A stretch of DNA of 64,000 bases, taken from an uncultured delta proteobacterium (GTDB lineage: Bacteria > Myxococcota > Myxococcia > Myxococcales > Anaeromyxobacteraceae). Of the stretch, positions 30,369-40,025 are shown piece after piece (position 1 is the stretch's first letter; each line of letters opens with the position of its first letter). A program made the translations under genes and the position numbers. Where the stretch lies: contig CAWFDF010000008.1 in NCBI GenBank assembly GCA_963814585.1, positions 448,001 through 512,000 on the forward strand, written 5' to 3'. The notes under the pieces were generated by a model, which saw only the letters and a program-made list of their open reading frames with translations, did no database searches and was not told the DNA's origin.

Positions 30369-32459
30369 CTACCAGCCGGTCCGGCGGAACAGGTCGCGCA
30401 CCGCGACCAGGTAGATGATCAATGCCGCCGGGACGACGGCCGCCAGCTTGCCCACCAGCAGGTAGGACGTCGGGAGCGGCGGGGGCATCAGGCCCCGCCA
30501 GAACCAGGCCAGGAACCCGAGGAAGAGCAGCGAGGTCACCGTGGCCAGGCCGGGCCACGGGTGTCCGGTGTACAGGTGACCGCCCCCGCCGCTCGCCACC
30601 GCCAGGGCCCTGGCCAGCCCCAGCTGCACCCGTCCGTGGCGCCTCACCTCCGCATCCTTGAGCAGGCGGTCCCTGGCGTCGACCACGCCCTTCCTCACGT
30701 AGACGTTGACGCACTGCCCGCAGAGCGGCCCGCCGGCGGCGTCGCAGCGCCGGCACGCCGGGCGCCCGCACTTCTCGCAGGCGTGGGACGGGGCGAGGCG
30801 GGGCACGAGGAGCACCAGCCCCCAGAGCAGCGCCGCCAGCGCCATCGGCATCCATGGCCAGGTCCAGGGCGGGAGCGCCCCCGCCAGGCGGTCCCGGAGG
30901 GCCTCCCGGATGGCGTCGGGAGCGCCGTCGCCGCCCGCCAGGGCCAGGATCTTGGCGGCCGGCACCGGCACGTCGACCAGGTACCTGTTGGCCGAGAAGT
31001 CGTCGTCGGCGCCGAAGCGGCGCAGGAAGGCGCCGTTCTCCAGCTCGGCCCGGTCCCGGGCCGCGCTCGATCGCTCGATGTCGGAGGAGCGAAGGTAGAG
31101 CTTGGAGAGGTCGTAGTGCGCCGCGGCCTGGATGGTCCGGTCGCCGGCGGCGTGGTCCACCGCCGCCAGGTAGGCGGCCTTGGCCTTCTCGAGATCGCCC
31201 TGGAGGAAGTGGACGTTGCCGAGGTTCACCTCGACCTCGGCGGCTCGCGGGTCGGCCCGGAGGGCCTCCCCGTACCACCTGGCGGCGGCGGACAGGTCCC
31301 CGCGGCGCTTGGCGTGCCGCCCCAGGGCGGCCGTCAAGGCCGGCGGCGGCGTCCCCTCGCTGGCCCTCGCCGCCAGCGCCGCCACCTCGGCCTCGCCGGG
31401 CGCGCCGTGCTCGAGCTCGTGGACCGCCTCGGCCAGCGTGCCGGTCCAGGCGGTGGAGCTCGCCACCTGCTGCGCGGCCCACGGCATGGCGGCGACCACC
31501 AGCAGGGCCGCGGTCATCGCCAGCCGCTCGGCCGTCGAGAGGTAGAGCCACGCCGCCAGCAGCGCCACCCCGATGAAGGCGAGCGGCCCGAGCCCGAAGG
31601 CCACGGGCGCCGCCAGCAGCACCAGCCCGAGGAACCCGGCCTGGATGCCGGCCGAGCCTCGCAGCAGCGGCAGGTGGTGGAAGTCGTGCAGGAAGAGCCG
31701 GAGCGAGCGGAGCAGCAGCACGCCCAGCGCCACCGCGCCCGCCGCCAGCACGGCCGCGAACAGGGCCGCGAACAGGTCGGCGACGAAGGCCCGGCGCGAG
31801 TGCGGCTCGGCAAACGCCGCCCCGGCCCCGTCGGCGAGCGCGGAGAAGACCGCGCCCATCTCGAGCGGCGCCTTGGCGAACCGGACCCGCGCCAGGGTCG
31901 CGTGGGCATCGGCCAGCTCCGGGGCCAGCCGCACGGCCAGCTCGGCGTGGGCCAGGGCGTCGGGCACCACGCCGGCCGCGAGGGACCGATTGGCGTCGCG
32001 CACGGCGCTGAAGGCGAAGGGCACCAGGTTGTCGATCGCCAGCTCCCGGCGGGCGTCCAGCACGGCGGTGGCCGCCGCGGCCGCCCTGGCCTGGTCCTGC
32101 TCGCGGAGCGCGGCCCGCCGCTCCGCCCAGCGCTCGAAGACGACCTCGAGGCTGGTGGCGACGGGGAGGATGGGCCGGGCCGCCGGCAGCGGTGGGGACT
32201 CCGGAGCCCGGGCCTGCTCGGGGGCCGGCAGGCTGTCCGGGGCGTTGGCGGCGGCCGGATCGGGCGGCGGCTCCGACCTGGTCCGATCGGCCGGCCGGTC
32301 CACCTGGCCTCGAGGAGCCATCCGGGGCGACGCCCCGTCGGCGGGAGGCGGCGCTTCCGGCTCGTCGTCCACCAGCGCCGGGGTGGAGACCTGCGCCATC
32401 GCTGGCCAGGGGAGGAGCGCGAGGACGGCAATGGCGAGGAGCGTCTTCCGGGTCGGCAC
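30369..32459 (-). CDS. Multi-pass membrane TPR protein with Cys-rich (Zn-binding-like) motif
   Basis: Signal peptide, TPR repeats, TM segments, CEKCGRPACRRCD...LCGQC; start uncertain (32459 or 32513). Confidence 0.75.
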   Translation of the reverse strand: MPTRKTLLAIAVLALLPWPAMAQVSTPALVDDEPEAPPPADGASPRMAPRGQVDRPADRTRSEPPPDPAAANAPDSLPAPEQARAPESPPLPAARPILPVATSLEVVFERWAERRAALREQDQARAAAAATAVLDARRELAIDNLVPFAFSAVRDANRSLAAGVVPDALAHAELAVRLAPELADAHATLARVRFAKAPLEMGAVFSALADGAGAAFAEPHSRRAFVADLFAALFAAVLAAGAVALGVLLLRSLRLFLHDFHHLPLLRGSAGIQAGFLGLVLLAAPVAFGLGPLAFIGVALLAAWLYLSTAERLAMTAALLVVAAMPWAAQQVASSTAWTGTLAEAVHELEHGAPGEAEVAALAARASEGTPPPALTAALGRHAKRRGDLSAAARWYGEALRADPRAAEVEVNLGNVHFLQGDLEKAKAAYLAAVDHAAGDRTIQAAAHYDLSKLYLRSSDIERSSAARDRAELENGAFLRRFGADDDFSANRYLVDVPVPAAKILALAGGDGAPDAIREALRDRLAGALPPWTWPWMPMALAALLWGLVLLVPRLAPSHACEKCGRPACRRCDAAGGPLCGQCVNVYVRKGVVDARDRLLKDAEVRRHGRVQLGLARALAVASGGGGHLYTGHPWPGLATVTSLLFLGFLAWFWRGLMPPPLPTSYLLVGKLAAVVPAALIIYLVAVRDLFRRTGW

Positions 32460-32506
32460 GCGAGGAAGTGATGCTATCACGCCCCCCGCCGCGCTAAACA
32501 CGTCCG

Positions 32507-33364
32507 ATGTCACGCGCTGCAGAAGCCATCGACCGCCTCCTCGCCATCATGGCCCGCCTCCGCGCCCCGGACGGTTGCCCGTGGGACCTCGAGCAGACCC
32601 TGGAGACGCTCCGTCCCTACCTCCTCGAGGAGACCTACGAGGTGCTCGAGGCCATCGACGCCGGCGACGCCGCCGCCCACCGCGAGGAGCTGGGCGACCT
32701 GCTGCTGCAGATCGTCTTCCAGGCCCGCTTGCGCGAGGAGGACGGCGCCTTCGAGTTCGCCGACGTGGCGGACGCCATCTCCGACAAGCTGATCTCGCGT
32801 CATCCGCACGTGTTCGGGGACGGGAAGGTCAAGGACGCGGAGGGCGTGCTGAGGCAGTGGGCGGCGCTGAAGCGCGAGGAGAAGCGGAGGAAGGGAGGGG
32901 GCCTGAGCGCCCTCGAGGGGGTACCAAGGGAGCTGCCGTCGCTGGCGCGAGCCGATCGGCTCACCGAGAAGGCCAGCCGGGTCGGATTCGACTGGCCGGA
33001 TCCGGCCGGCGCCCGGGCCAAGGTCGTCGAGGAGCTGCGAGAACTGGACGAGGCGATCGCGACCGGACGGCGCGACCGGATCGAGCACGAGCTGGGCGAC
33101 ACCCTCTTCGCCCTGGCCAACCTGGCCCGCAAGCTCGGGGTGGCGCCCGAGGAGGCCTTGCGGGGAACCGTGGCGCGGTTCATCTCCCGCTTCACACACG
33201 TGGAGCTGGAGCTGACTCGCCGCGGCGTGGCACCGGGAGCCGCCACCCTGGAGGAGATGGATCGGTTCTGGGACGAGGCAAAGGCTCTGGAGGATCAAGC
33301 GAAATCGCCCCGATCGACCCAGCCGGGGGGGGATTCTGGGCCGTTGGGGAAAGTGCGTGGATAA
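32507..33364 (+). CDS. mazG: Nucleoside triphosphate pyrophosphohydrolase MazG
   Basis: GCPWD, EETYEVLEAI, EELGDLL, RHPHVF, GFDW, ELGDTLF. Confidence 0.95.
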   Translation: MSRAAEAIDRLLAIMARLRAPDGCPWDLEQTLETLRPYLLEETYEVLEAIDAGDAAAHREELGDLLLQIVFQARLREEDGAFEFADVADAISDKLISRHPHVFGDGKVKDAEGVLRQWAALKREEKRRKGGGLSALEGVPRELPSLARADRLTEKASRVGFDWPDPAGARAKVVEELRELDEAIATGRRDRIEHELGDTLFALANLARKLGVAPEEALRGTVARFISRFTHVELELTRRGVAPGAATLEEMDRFWDEAKALEDQAKSPRSTQPGGDSGPLGKVRG

Positions 33365-33546
33365 CTTCAGCCACCCCGGTCCGCTTCCAGCCGGAGTCGC
33401 CGTACCGACACCTTCTGTGAAGTGAAGCCGGATGGTTTTTCATGAGTTTTTCCAGCAGCTTGAAGTCCAGCACCCACTTGGTCCATCGTTGCTCCCGGGC
33501 CGGTCCAGCCGGCGGCGCCAGGTCGTTGGTCCAGCGGTGGATAACT
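33356..33546. promoter_or_regulatory. DnaA-box-like cluster in the mazG-rpsT intergenic region
   Basis: GTGGATAACT twice (33357-33366, 33537-33546), each 1 mismatch from TGTGGATAA; T-rich patch; five KTCCAGC copies between them. Confidence 0.45.
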
Positions 33547-33791
33547 CCCCAAGCAAGTGGCGTTCTTGCGCAGGTGCGACAGGGCACCGCGGCGCAATCG
33601 CGTCGGTCCTGCTTGCGCCGCAAGGCCGGGCCAGCCAGGTTGCTGGCCGGTCTTTGTCCCGCAAGGTCCCGGAGCGCAGGTGGCTGGCGGACCCTTGTGG
33701 CCCTAGGGCCCTCTCGTCACGTCCCGCCAGCAGCCCTGGCCAGGAGGAGCTCGGGGCACGGCCGCGGCCTGGCCTTTCCCGGCGCAACTCC

Positions 33792-33820
33792 TTGACTCTC
33801 CAGGGCGCGGGCGGTACATA
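33792..33820 (+). promoter_or_regulatory. Putative sigma70 promoter of rpsT
   Basis: TTGACT-N17-TACATA. Confidence 0.5.
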
Positions 33821-33851
33821 GCGCGCCCTCAACTCGCAGGGAGAGTCCGCT

Positions 33852-34121
33852 TTGGCGAACACCGTCTCGGCCCAGAAGCGCAACCGTCAGGCGCAGAAGC
33901 GCCGCACCCGCAACGTCCAGGTCCGCACCGGCGTGAAGAGCGCCGTCAAGAAGGTGCGCGAGGCCCTGGAGAAGGGTGACACCGCCGCCGCCGCCGTGGC
34001 CCTCCAGGCCGCCGAGCGGACCATCGCCAAGGGCGGGTCCAAGGGCGTGGTGCACAAGAACACCGCCTCCCGGAAGATCTCCCGCCTGGCTCACGCCCTG
34101 GCGAAGGCTTCCAGGAAGTAG
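33852..34121 (+). CDS. rpsT: 30S ribosomal protein S20
   Basis: MANTVSAQKRNRQ...KGVVHKNTASRKISRL; TTG start with GGAG SD. Confidence 0.97.
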   Translation: MANTVSAQKRNRQAQKRRTRNVQVRTGVKSAVKKVREALEKGDTAAAAVALQAAERTIAKGGSKGVVHKNTASRKISRLAHALAKASRK

Positions 34122-34147
34122 CCGGCCCGGCGTGCCGTCCGGCGCCA

Positions 34148-34630
34148 TCACTCCTCGAACGCGCTCAGGACGTCGCGGGCCGCCTCGCTGGCGAGCCGTC
34201 GCAGCGCCTGGGCTCGCCGTGCTTCGCCCTCCAGCGCGTCGGCCCCGGTGAGGTAGTCGGCCTCCCTCCGGACCTGCCGCTCCAGCACCAGCGCCCCGTC
34301 GACCGACAACCGCGCCAGGACCACCAGGCCGACGCGCTGGGTGGCGCCGGAGCCGAAGGACGGCGCCACCGAGTCGGTCTGGACCTGCCCGTCGATGAGC
34401 CCGCGCCCGCCGTCCCCGCCAGCGCCCCGGCGCGCCAGCGCCTCGCGGAGCGCCGTGGTCACCTCCACGCCCACGGAGGGGTCGGTGGAGAGGTTCTCGA
34501 AGGGGCGGACCTCGGCCCGATTGGCGCCGCCCCGAAGCTTCAGCCCGGCCGAGACGCCGTAGCCGCACCCGGACAGCAGCAGCACCCCGGCCGCCAGCCT
34601 CGCCAGGCGCCAGTGAGGGCGTGGCCTCAT
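34148..34630 (-). CDS. lptE: LPS assembly lipoprotein LptE
   Basis: Lipobox LSGCGYG, VRPFENLS; directly downstream of leuS. Confidence 0.75.
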   Translation of the reverse strand: MRPRPHWRLARLAAGVLLLSGCGYGVSAGLKLRGGANRAEVRPFENLSTDPSVGVEVTTALREALARRGAGGDGGRGLIDGQVQTDSVAPSFGSGATQRVGLVVLARLSVDGALVLERQVRREADYLTGADALEGEARRAQALRRLASEAARDVLSAFEE

Positions 34631-34634
34631 GGCG

Positions 34635-37130
34635 CTACCCCGCGACCACGTAGTTGATGAGCCGGCCCCGGACGTAGACCACCTTCTTGACCGCCTTGCC
34701 GCGCAGGTACCCCTGCACCTTCTCGTCGGCCTCGGCGGCCGCCCGCACCTCGGCCTCGGTGGCGGCCGCCGGGACCCGCACGTCACCGCGCAGCTTGCCG
34801 TTCACCTGGACCGCGACGGTGACCGTGTCGGCCACGATGAGGTGCGCGTCGAAGGCTGGCCAGGGCTCCTCGGCCAGCAGGCGATCGCGCGCCGGCGGCC
34901 CGAGCACCTCGTGCCAGAGCTCCTCGGCGACATGGGGCGCGAACGGGGACAGCAGCGTGGCCATCGCCACCAGCGCCTCCCTGACCGCCGCCTGCTCCGG
35001 CTCCGCCCTGGGCTCCAGCCCCTGCAGCGCGTTCATCAGCTCCATCAGCGCGGCGATGCCGGTGTTGAACTTCAGGTCATCCTGCATCCCTTCGGTGACC
35101 TTCTTGATGGTCCGGTGGGTGCGCCGCCGAAGCTCGAGGTAGGCCCCGCTGGCCTGGGCCAGGGCGCCCTCCGGGGCGCCGAAGCAGGCCTGCCGCCCGT
35201 GGAAGAGCCGCCAGATCCGGGTGAGGAAGCGGAAGAGGCCGTCGACCTGCTCGTCCGACCAGTCGATGTCCTTCTCGGGAGGCGCGGCGAAGAGCATGAA
35301 GAGCCGCACCGTGTCGGCACCGAACCGGTCGACCATGTAGCCGGGCGCGACCACGTTGTTCCAGCGCTTCGACATCTTGCGGCCGTCGGGGCCGTTGACG
35401 ATCCCCTGGGTCACCAGTCGCCGGCAGGGCTCCGGCTCGTGCGTCAGCCCCAGCTCGTGCATCACCCGGTGCCAGAAGCGGAAGTAGAGCAGGTGCATGA
35501 CGGCGTGCTCGGGGCCGCCGACGTAGACGTCGACCGGGAGCCAGCGGCTGGCCAGCGCCGGGTCGAAGGGCTGGGTGGCGTCCCGGGGCGAGAGGTAGCG
35601 GGCGTAGTACCAGGCCGAGTCGACGAAGGTGTCCATCGTCTCGGTCTCGCGCCGCGCCGGCCTCCCGCAGGTCGGACAGGCGGCGCTCACGAACTCGGGC
35701 ACCTTGGCCAGCGGCGGCTCCCCGGTGCCGGTGATGATGGCCTGCGGCGGCAGCTCGACCGGCAGCTGGTCGTAGGGGACGGGCACGGCGCCGTGGGTGT
35801 CGCAGTGGATGATGGGGATGGGCGTCCCCCAGTAGCGCTGGCGGGAGAATCCCCAGTCCCGCAGGTGCCAGCGGACGGTGGCGCCGCCGAAGCCCCCGGC
35901 GGCCGCGTGGGCGCTCATCCGCTCGCGGGCCTGGGCCGAGGCCAGACCCGTGAACGGTCCCGACGCCTCGGTGACCCCGTCGGCGGTGGTGGCGGCGGCG
36001 AGCTGGTCGCCGGGCGGGGTCGGCTCCCCGCCGGCGGGCTGAATGACGGTGCGGATGGGCAGGCCGTACTTCCGGGCGAACTCGAAGTCGCGCTGGTCGT
36101 GGGCCGGGACGCTCATCACCGCGCCGGTGCCGTACTCGGCCAGGACGAAGTTGGCGATCCAGACCGGCACCGGCTCGCCGGTGAACGGGTTGAGGGCGTA
36201 GGCCCCGGTGAAGACGCCCTCCTTGGGCGCCCCCTCCCCGGTCCGCTCGGCGGCCTCGGTCTTCCTCATCCGGGCGACGAAGGCCTCCACCTCGCCCTTC
36301 CGCTCGGGCCTGGTGACCGCGGCGGTGAGTGGGTGCTCCGGCGCCAGCACCACGTAGGTGCAGCCGTAGATGGTGTCGATGCGGGTGGTGAAGACCTTGA
36401 TCCTCTCGGGCCCGCCCTGCACCGCGAAGTCGATCTCGGCACCGGTCGACTTGCCGATCCAGTTGCGCTGCATGGTGGTGATCCGCTCGGGCCACCCGGT
36501 GAGCGTGTCGAGCCCCTCCAGCAGCCGGTCGGCGTAGGCGGTGATGCGAAAGGCCCACTCGCCGATCACCTTGTCGACCACGGGCGAGCTGCAGCGCTCG
36601 CAGAGGTTGTCGTCCACCACCTGCTCGTTGGCGATGACCGTGAGGCAGCCGGTGCACCAGTTGGCCTTGCCCTGCCGCCGGTAGACGATGCCCCGCTCCA
36701 GCATCTTCAGGAAGAACCACTGGTTCCACCGGTAATACGACGGGTCGGCGGTGACCACCTCGCGGTCCCAGTCGAAGGCGTAGCCGAGGCTCTTCATCTC
36801 GGCGCGGAAGCTGACGATGTTCTCGGCGGTCCGCTCGGCCGGGTGCCGGCCGTCCTTGATGGCGGCGTTCTCGGCCGGCAGGCCGAGGGCGTCGAAGCCG
36901 ATGGGGTGGAGCACGTCGTAGCCGCGCATGCGCAGGAACCGAGCCAGGGCGTCGCCGATGGTGTAGACGCGGGCGTGGCCCATGTGCATGGCGCCCGACG
37001 GGTACGGGAACATCTCCAGGACGTAGCGGGGCTCGGCCTGGGGCCGGCGTCCGGCCTTGAAGACCCCGGCCTGGTCCCACCGCTCCTGCCAGCGCGCCTC
37101 GATCGCCTGCGGCTCGTATCGCTCGTTCAT
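34635..37130 (-). CDS. leuS: Leucine--tRNA ligase
   Basis: MFPYPSG, HMGH, GLPAENAA, YGTGAVMSVPAHDQRD, SRQRYWG, KMSKR; start 37130 or 37136. Confidence 0.97.
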   Translation of the reverse strand: MNERYEPQAIEARWQERWDQAGVFKAGRRPQAEPRYVLEMFPYPSGAMHMGHARVYTIGDALARFLRMRGYDVLHPIGFDALGLPAENAAIKDGRHPAERTAENIVSFRAEMKSLGYAFDWDREVVTADPSYYRWNQWFFLKMLERGIVYRRQGKANWCTGCLTVIANEQVVDDNLCERCSSPVVDKVIGEWAFRITAYADRLLEGLDTLTGWPERITTMQRNWIGKSTGAEIDFAVQGGPERIKVFTTRIDTIYGCTYVVLAPEHPLTAAVTRPERKGEVEAFVARMRKTEAAERTGEGAPKEGVFTGAYALNPFTGEPVPVWIANFVLAEYGTGAVMSVPAHDQRDFEFARKYGLPIRTVIQPAGGEPTPPGDQLAAATTADGVTEASGPFTGLASAQARERMSAHAAAGGFGGATVRWHLRDWGFSRQRYWGTPIPIIHCDTHGAVPVPYDQLPVELPPQAIITGTGEPPLAKVPEFVSAACPTCGRPARRETETMDTFVDSAWYYARYLSPRDATQPFDPALASRWLPVDVYVGGPEHAVMHLLYFRFWHRVMHELGLTHEPEPCRRLVTQGIVNGPDGRKMSKRWNNVVAPGYMVDRFGADTVRLFMLFAAPPEKDIDWSDEQVDGLFRFLTRIWRLFHGRQACFGAPEGALAQASGAYLELRRRTHRTIKKVTEGMQDDLKFNTGIAALMELMNALQGLEPRAEPEQAAVREALVAMATLLSPFAPHVAEELWHEVLGPPARDRLLAEEPWPAFDAHLIVADTVTVAVQVNGKLRGDVRVPAAATEAEVRAAAEADEKVQGYLRGKAVKKVVYVRGRLINYVVAG

Positions 37131-37206
37131 GCTCATAAGGGGGGCGGATTGTAGCCGAGAACCCGGCGCTTTTCCGCTCCCGCCCCGCGGGGTATGGTCC
37201 GCCCCC

Positions 37207-38513
37207 ATGTTCCCCCCCGTCCATGTCGCCGACATCGCCTCCCACGACGGCCAGGAGGTCACCCTCCACGGCTGGCTCCACCACCGGGCCTCCAAGGGGA
37301 AGCTCCACTTCCTCCAGCTCCGTGACGGCACCGGGATCATCCAGTGCGTGGTCTTCAAGGGCAACGTCACGCCCGAGGTCTTCTTCGAGGCCGACCACCT
37401 GCCCCAGGAGACCTCCATCTCCGTCCGCGGCCTGGTCAAGAAGGACGACCGCTCCGCCATCGGCTACGAGCTCGACGTCCGCGACCTCACGGTGGTGGCC
37501 CGGCCATCGCAGGAGTTCCCGCTCGGCCACAAGGAGCACGGCGTCGCCTTCCTGATGGAGCAGCGCCACCTCTGGCTCCGCTCCCAGCGGCAGACCGTGG
37601 TGCTCCGGGTGCGCGCCACGGTGGTCAAGGCCATCCGCGACTTCTTCGACGACCGCGGCTTCACGCTGGTCGACGCCCCCATCTTCACGCCCGGCCGCCT
37701 GCGAGGGGACCAGCAGCCTCTTCGAGGTCCCCTACTTCGATCTCGGCAAGGCGTACCTGACGCAGTCGGGCCAGCTCTACATGGAGGCCGGCGCCATGGC
37801 GCTCGGCAAGGTCTACTGCTTCGGCCCCACCTTCCGCGCCGAGAAGTCGAAGACCCGCCGCCACCTGACCGAGTTCTGGATGGTGGAGCCGGAGGTGGCC
37901 TTCATGGACCTCGACGGCGACATGGAGCTGATGGAGCAGTTCGTCTCCTCCGTGGTGGGCAAGGTGCTGGAGAAGCACGAGAGGGAGCTGGCCACCGTCC
38001 TCGAGCGCGACGTCTCGAAGCTGAGGAACGTCAAGCCGCCCTTCCCGCGCATCACCTACACCGAGGCGGTGGCGGTGCTGCAGAAGGCCGGCCACCCCAT
38101 GAAGTGGGGCGACGACATCGGCGGCGACGAGGAGACGGTCCTGGCCAGCGCCTACGACCGGCCGGTCATGGTCCACCGCTATCCGGCCGAGATGAAGGCC
38201 TTCTACTTCAAGAAGGACCCGGCCGACTCCAAGGTGGCGCTCGGGTGTGACGTGCTGGCGCCCGAGGGCTACGGCGGAGATCATCGGCGGCGGCCAGCGC
38301 GAGGACGACCTGGCCACGCTGGAGGCGGCCATCGCCCACCACGGCCTGCCCAAGGAGGCCTTCGAGTGGTACCTCGACCTGCGCCGCTACGGCACGGTGC
38401 CCCACGCCGGCTTCGGCATGGGCGTGGAGCGCTCCGTGGCCTGGGTCTGCGGGCTCCACCACGTCCGGGAGACCATCCCCTTCGCGCGGATGATGGAGCG
38501 GATCACCCCTTGA
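37207..38513 (+). CDS. asnS: Asparagine--tRNA ligase; two single-base insertions (~37691, ~38276)
   Basis: [15 protein letters not shown] | TP(A)[31 protein letters not shown] | [28 protein letters not shown], spread over three frames. Confidence 0.92.
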
Positions 38514-38586
38514 TGGCGCGGCGCCGTGGGCCGCGCACGCCGCCCCGGCGAGGTCGTGGGACGGGCGTCACTCGACGCCCCAGCGG

Positions 38587-38964
38587 CTAGCGGCGTCCCA
38601 GCAGCCCCCGCACCGTCTCCACCAGCACGGCCGGCTCCGCGGCCTTGAGCAGGTAGGCATCGACCCCGACCTCGGTCGCCCGCCCTCGGTCGGCGCCGGA
38701 GTCCTCCGTGGTGACCACCACGATGGGCATGGCGCGGTGGGGGCCAGCCTGGCGGACCAGCGCCGCCAGCTTGATCCCGTCGAGCCGCGGCATGTTGATG
38801 TCGGTGATGAGGATGTCGAACCGGCCTCCCGCCAGCAGCCGCCAGGCCTCGGCGCCGTCGCTGGCCTCCCGCAGGACGAGCCCCGGGAGGACGGCCAGCG
38901 TCGCGCAGATCCGCTGGCGCATGGCGGCGCTGTCATCGACGACCAGGGCGGTGCGCCCGATCAC
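38587..38964 (-). CDS. cheY: CheY-like response regulator
   Basis: [29 protein letters not shown] overlap with cheB. Confidence 0.85.
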   Translation of the reverse strand: MIGRTALVVDDSAAMRQRICATLAVLPGLVLREASDGAEAWRLLAGGRFDILITDINMPRLDGIKLAALVRQAGPHRAMPIVVVTTEDSGADRGRATEVGVDAYLLKAAEPAVLVETVRGLLGRR

Positions 38965-40025
38965 CACTCGCTCCGGGCGAAGTCGGCCAGGCGGCCGGCG
39001 ATGGCGTGGAGGCCCAGCGACTGATCCACCAACCCGGTGGCGACCGCCGCCCGCGGCATCCCGTAGATCACGGCGGTCATCTCCGACTCGGCGAGGGTGA
39101 GGCCTCCGGCGGCCTTGACCGCCCGCAGGCCGGCCGCCCCGTCGCTCCCCATCCCGGTGAGCACCACCGCGCAGAGCCGCCTCGGCATGGCCAGCGCCGC
39201 CGAGGTGAAGAGCCGGTCGATGCTGGGGCAGTAGCGCTCGGAGAAGCCGTCCGCCTCGGGCGCGGCCAGGGCCACGCGCAGCGCCCCGGTGCCGCGCTCG
39301 CGACGCAGCTCGAGGTGCCGCCCGCCCGGCGCGATGAGCACCCGTCCGGCCGCCACCAGGTCCCCTTCGGCCGCCTCCGACACCGCGAAGGTCGAGGTGC
39401 GCGCCAGCCGCTCGGCGAAGGCCCGCGTGAACTTCTCCGGCATGTGCTGGGCCACCAGCACCCCGAGCGGCAGGTCGCCCGGCAGCGCGCCCAGCAGCTC
39501 CTGCAGCGCCTGCGGGCCGCCGGTCGAGGCGCCGATCACCGCCAGGCGCGCCGGCTCTACCGGCGGCCTCGGATCGGCGGGCTCGCGCTCGAGGCGTGGG
39601 CGGGAGGCGAGGTTCCCGAGCTGAAGCCCGCGGATCCCCCCGCACTTGGCCAGCAGCTCGTCCCGGATCGCCTCGAGCCCGCCCCGCTCCGGCTTGGCCA
39701 CGAAGTCGAGGGCGCCCAGCTCGAGCGACTTGAAGACGTCGGCCCGCCGCGAGGTGGAGGAGAGGACGATCACCGGGGTCGGCCGTCGCGCCATGAGCAG
39801 CCGGAGGAAGGTGAAGCCATCCATGCGCGGCATCTGCAGGTCGAGCACGATGGCGTCGGGGCGCAACGCCACCACCTCGCGCAACGCCTGCTCGCCATCC
39901 CGGGCGTGGCCCACCACGGCGAGCTCGCCCGCGGTCTCCAGCACGCGCTGCAGCTCGCCGAGGCTGAGCGCCGAGTCGTCGACCAGCAGGAGCCGAAGCC
40001 GGCCCGACGGGTAGGGGGCGGTCAC
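38961..40025 (-). CDS. cheB: Chemotaxis methylesterase CheB (receiver + esterase)
   Basis: LDLQMPRMDG, GASTGGPQAL, QHMP, LTGMGSDGA. Confidence 0.95.
   Translation of the reverse strand: MTAPYPSGRLRLLLVDDSALSLGELQRVLETAGELAVVGHARDGEQALREVVALRPDAIVLDLQMPRMDGFTFLRLLMARRPTPVIVLSSTSRRADVFKSLELGALDFVAKPERGGLEAIRDELLAKCGGIRGLQLGNLASRPRLEREPADPRPPVEPARLAVIGASTGGPQALQELLGALPGDLPLGVLVAQHMPEKFTRAFAERLARTSTFAVSEAAEGDLVAAGRVLIAPGGRHLELRRERGTGALRVALAAPEADGFSERYCPSIDRLFTSAALAMPRRLCAVVLTGMGSDGAAGLRAVKAAGGLTLAESEMTAVIYGMPRAAVATGLVDQSLGLHAIAGRLADFARSEW

Noticed and set aside
33192..33883. Small ORFs in the mazG-rpsT spacer
   Set aside because: Atypical codon use, mutually overlapping, and VIHR/LSTA-type peptides typical of translated DnaA boxes.
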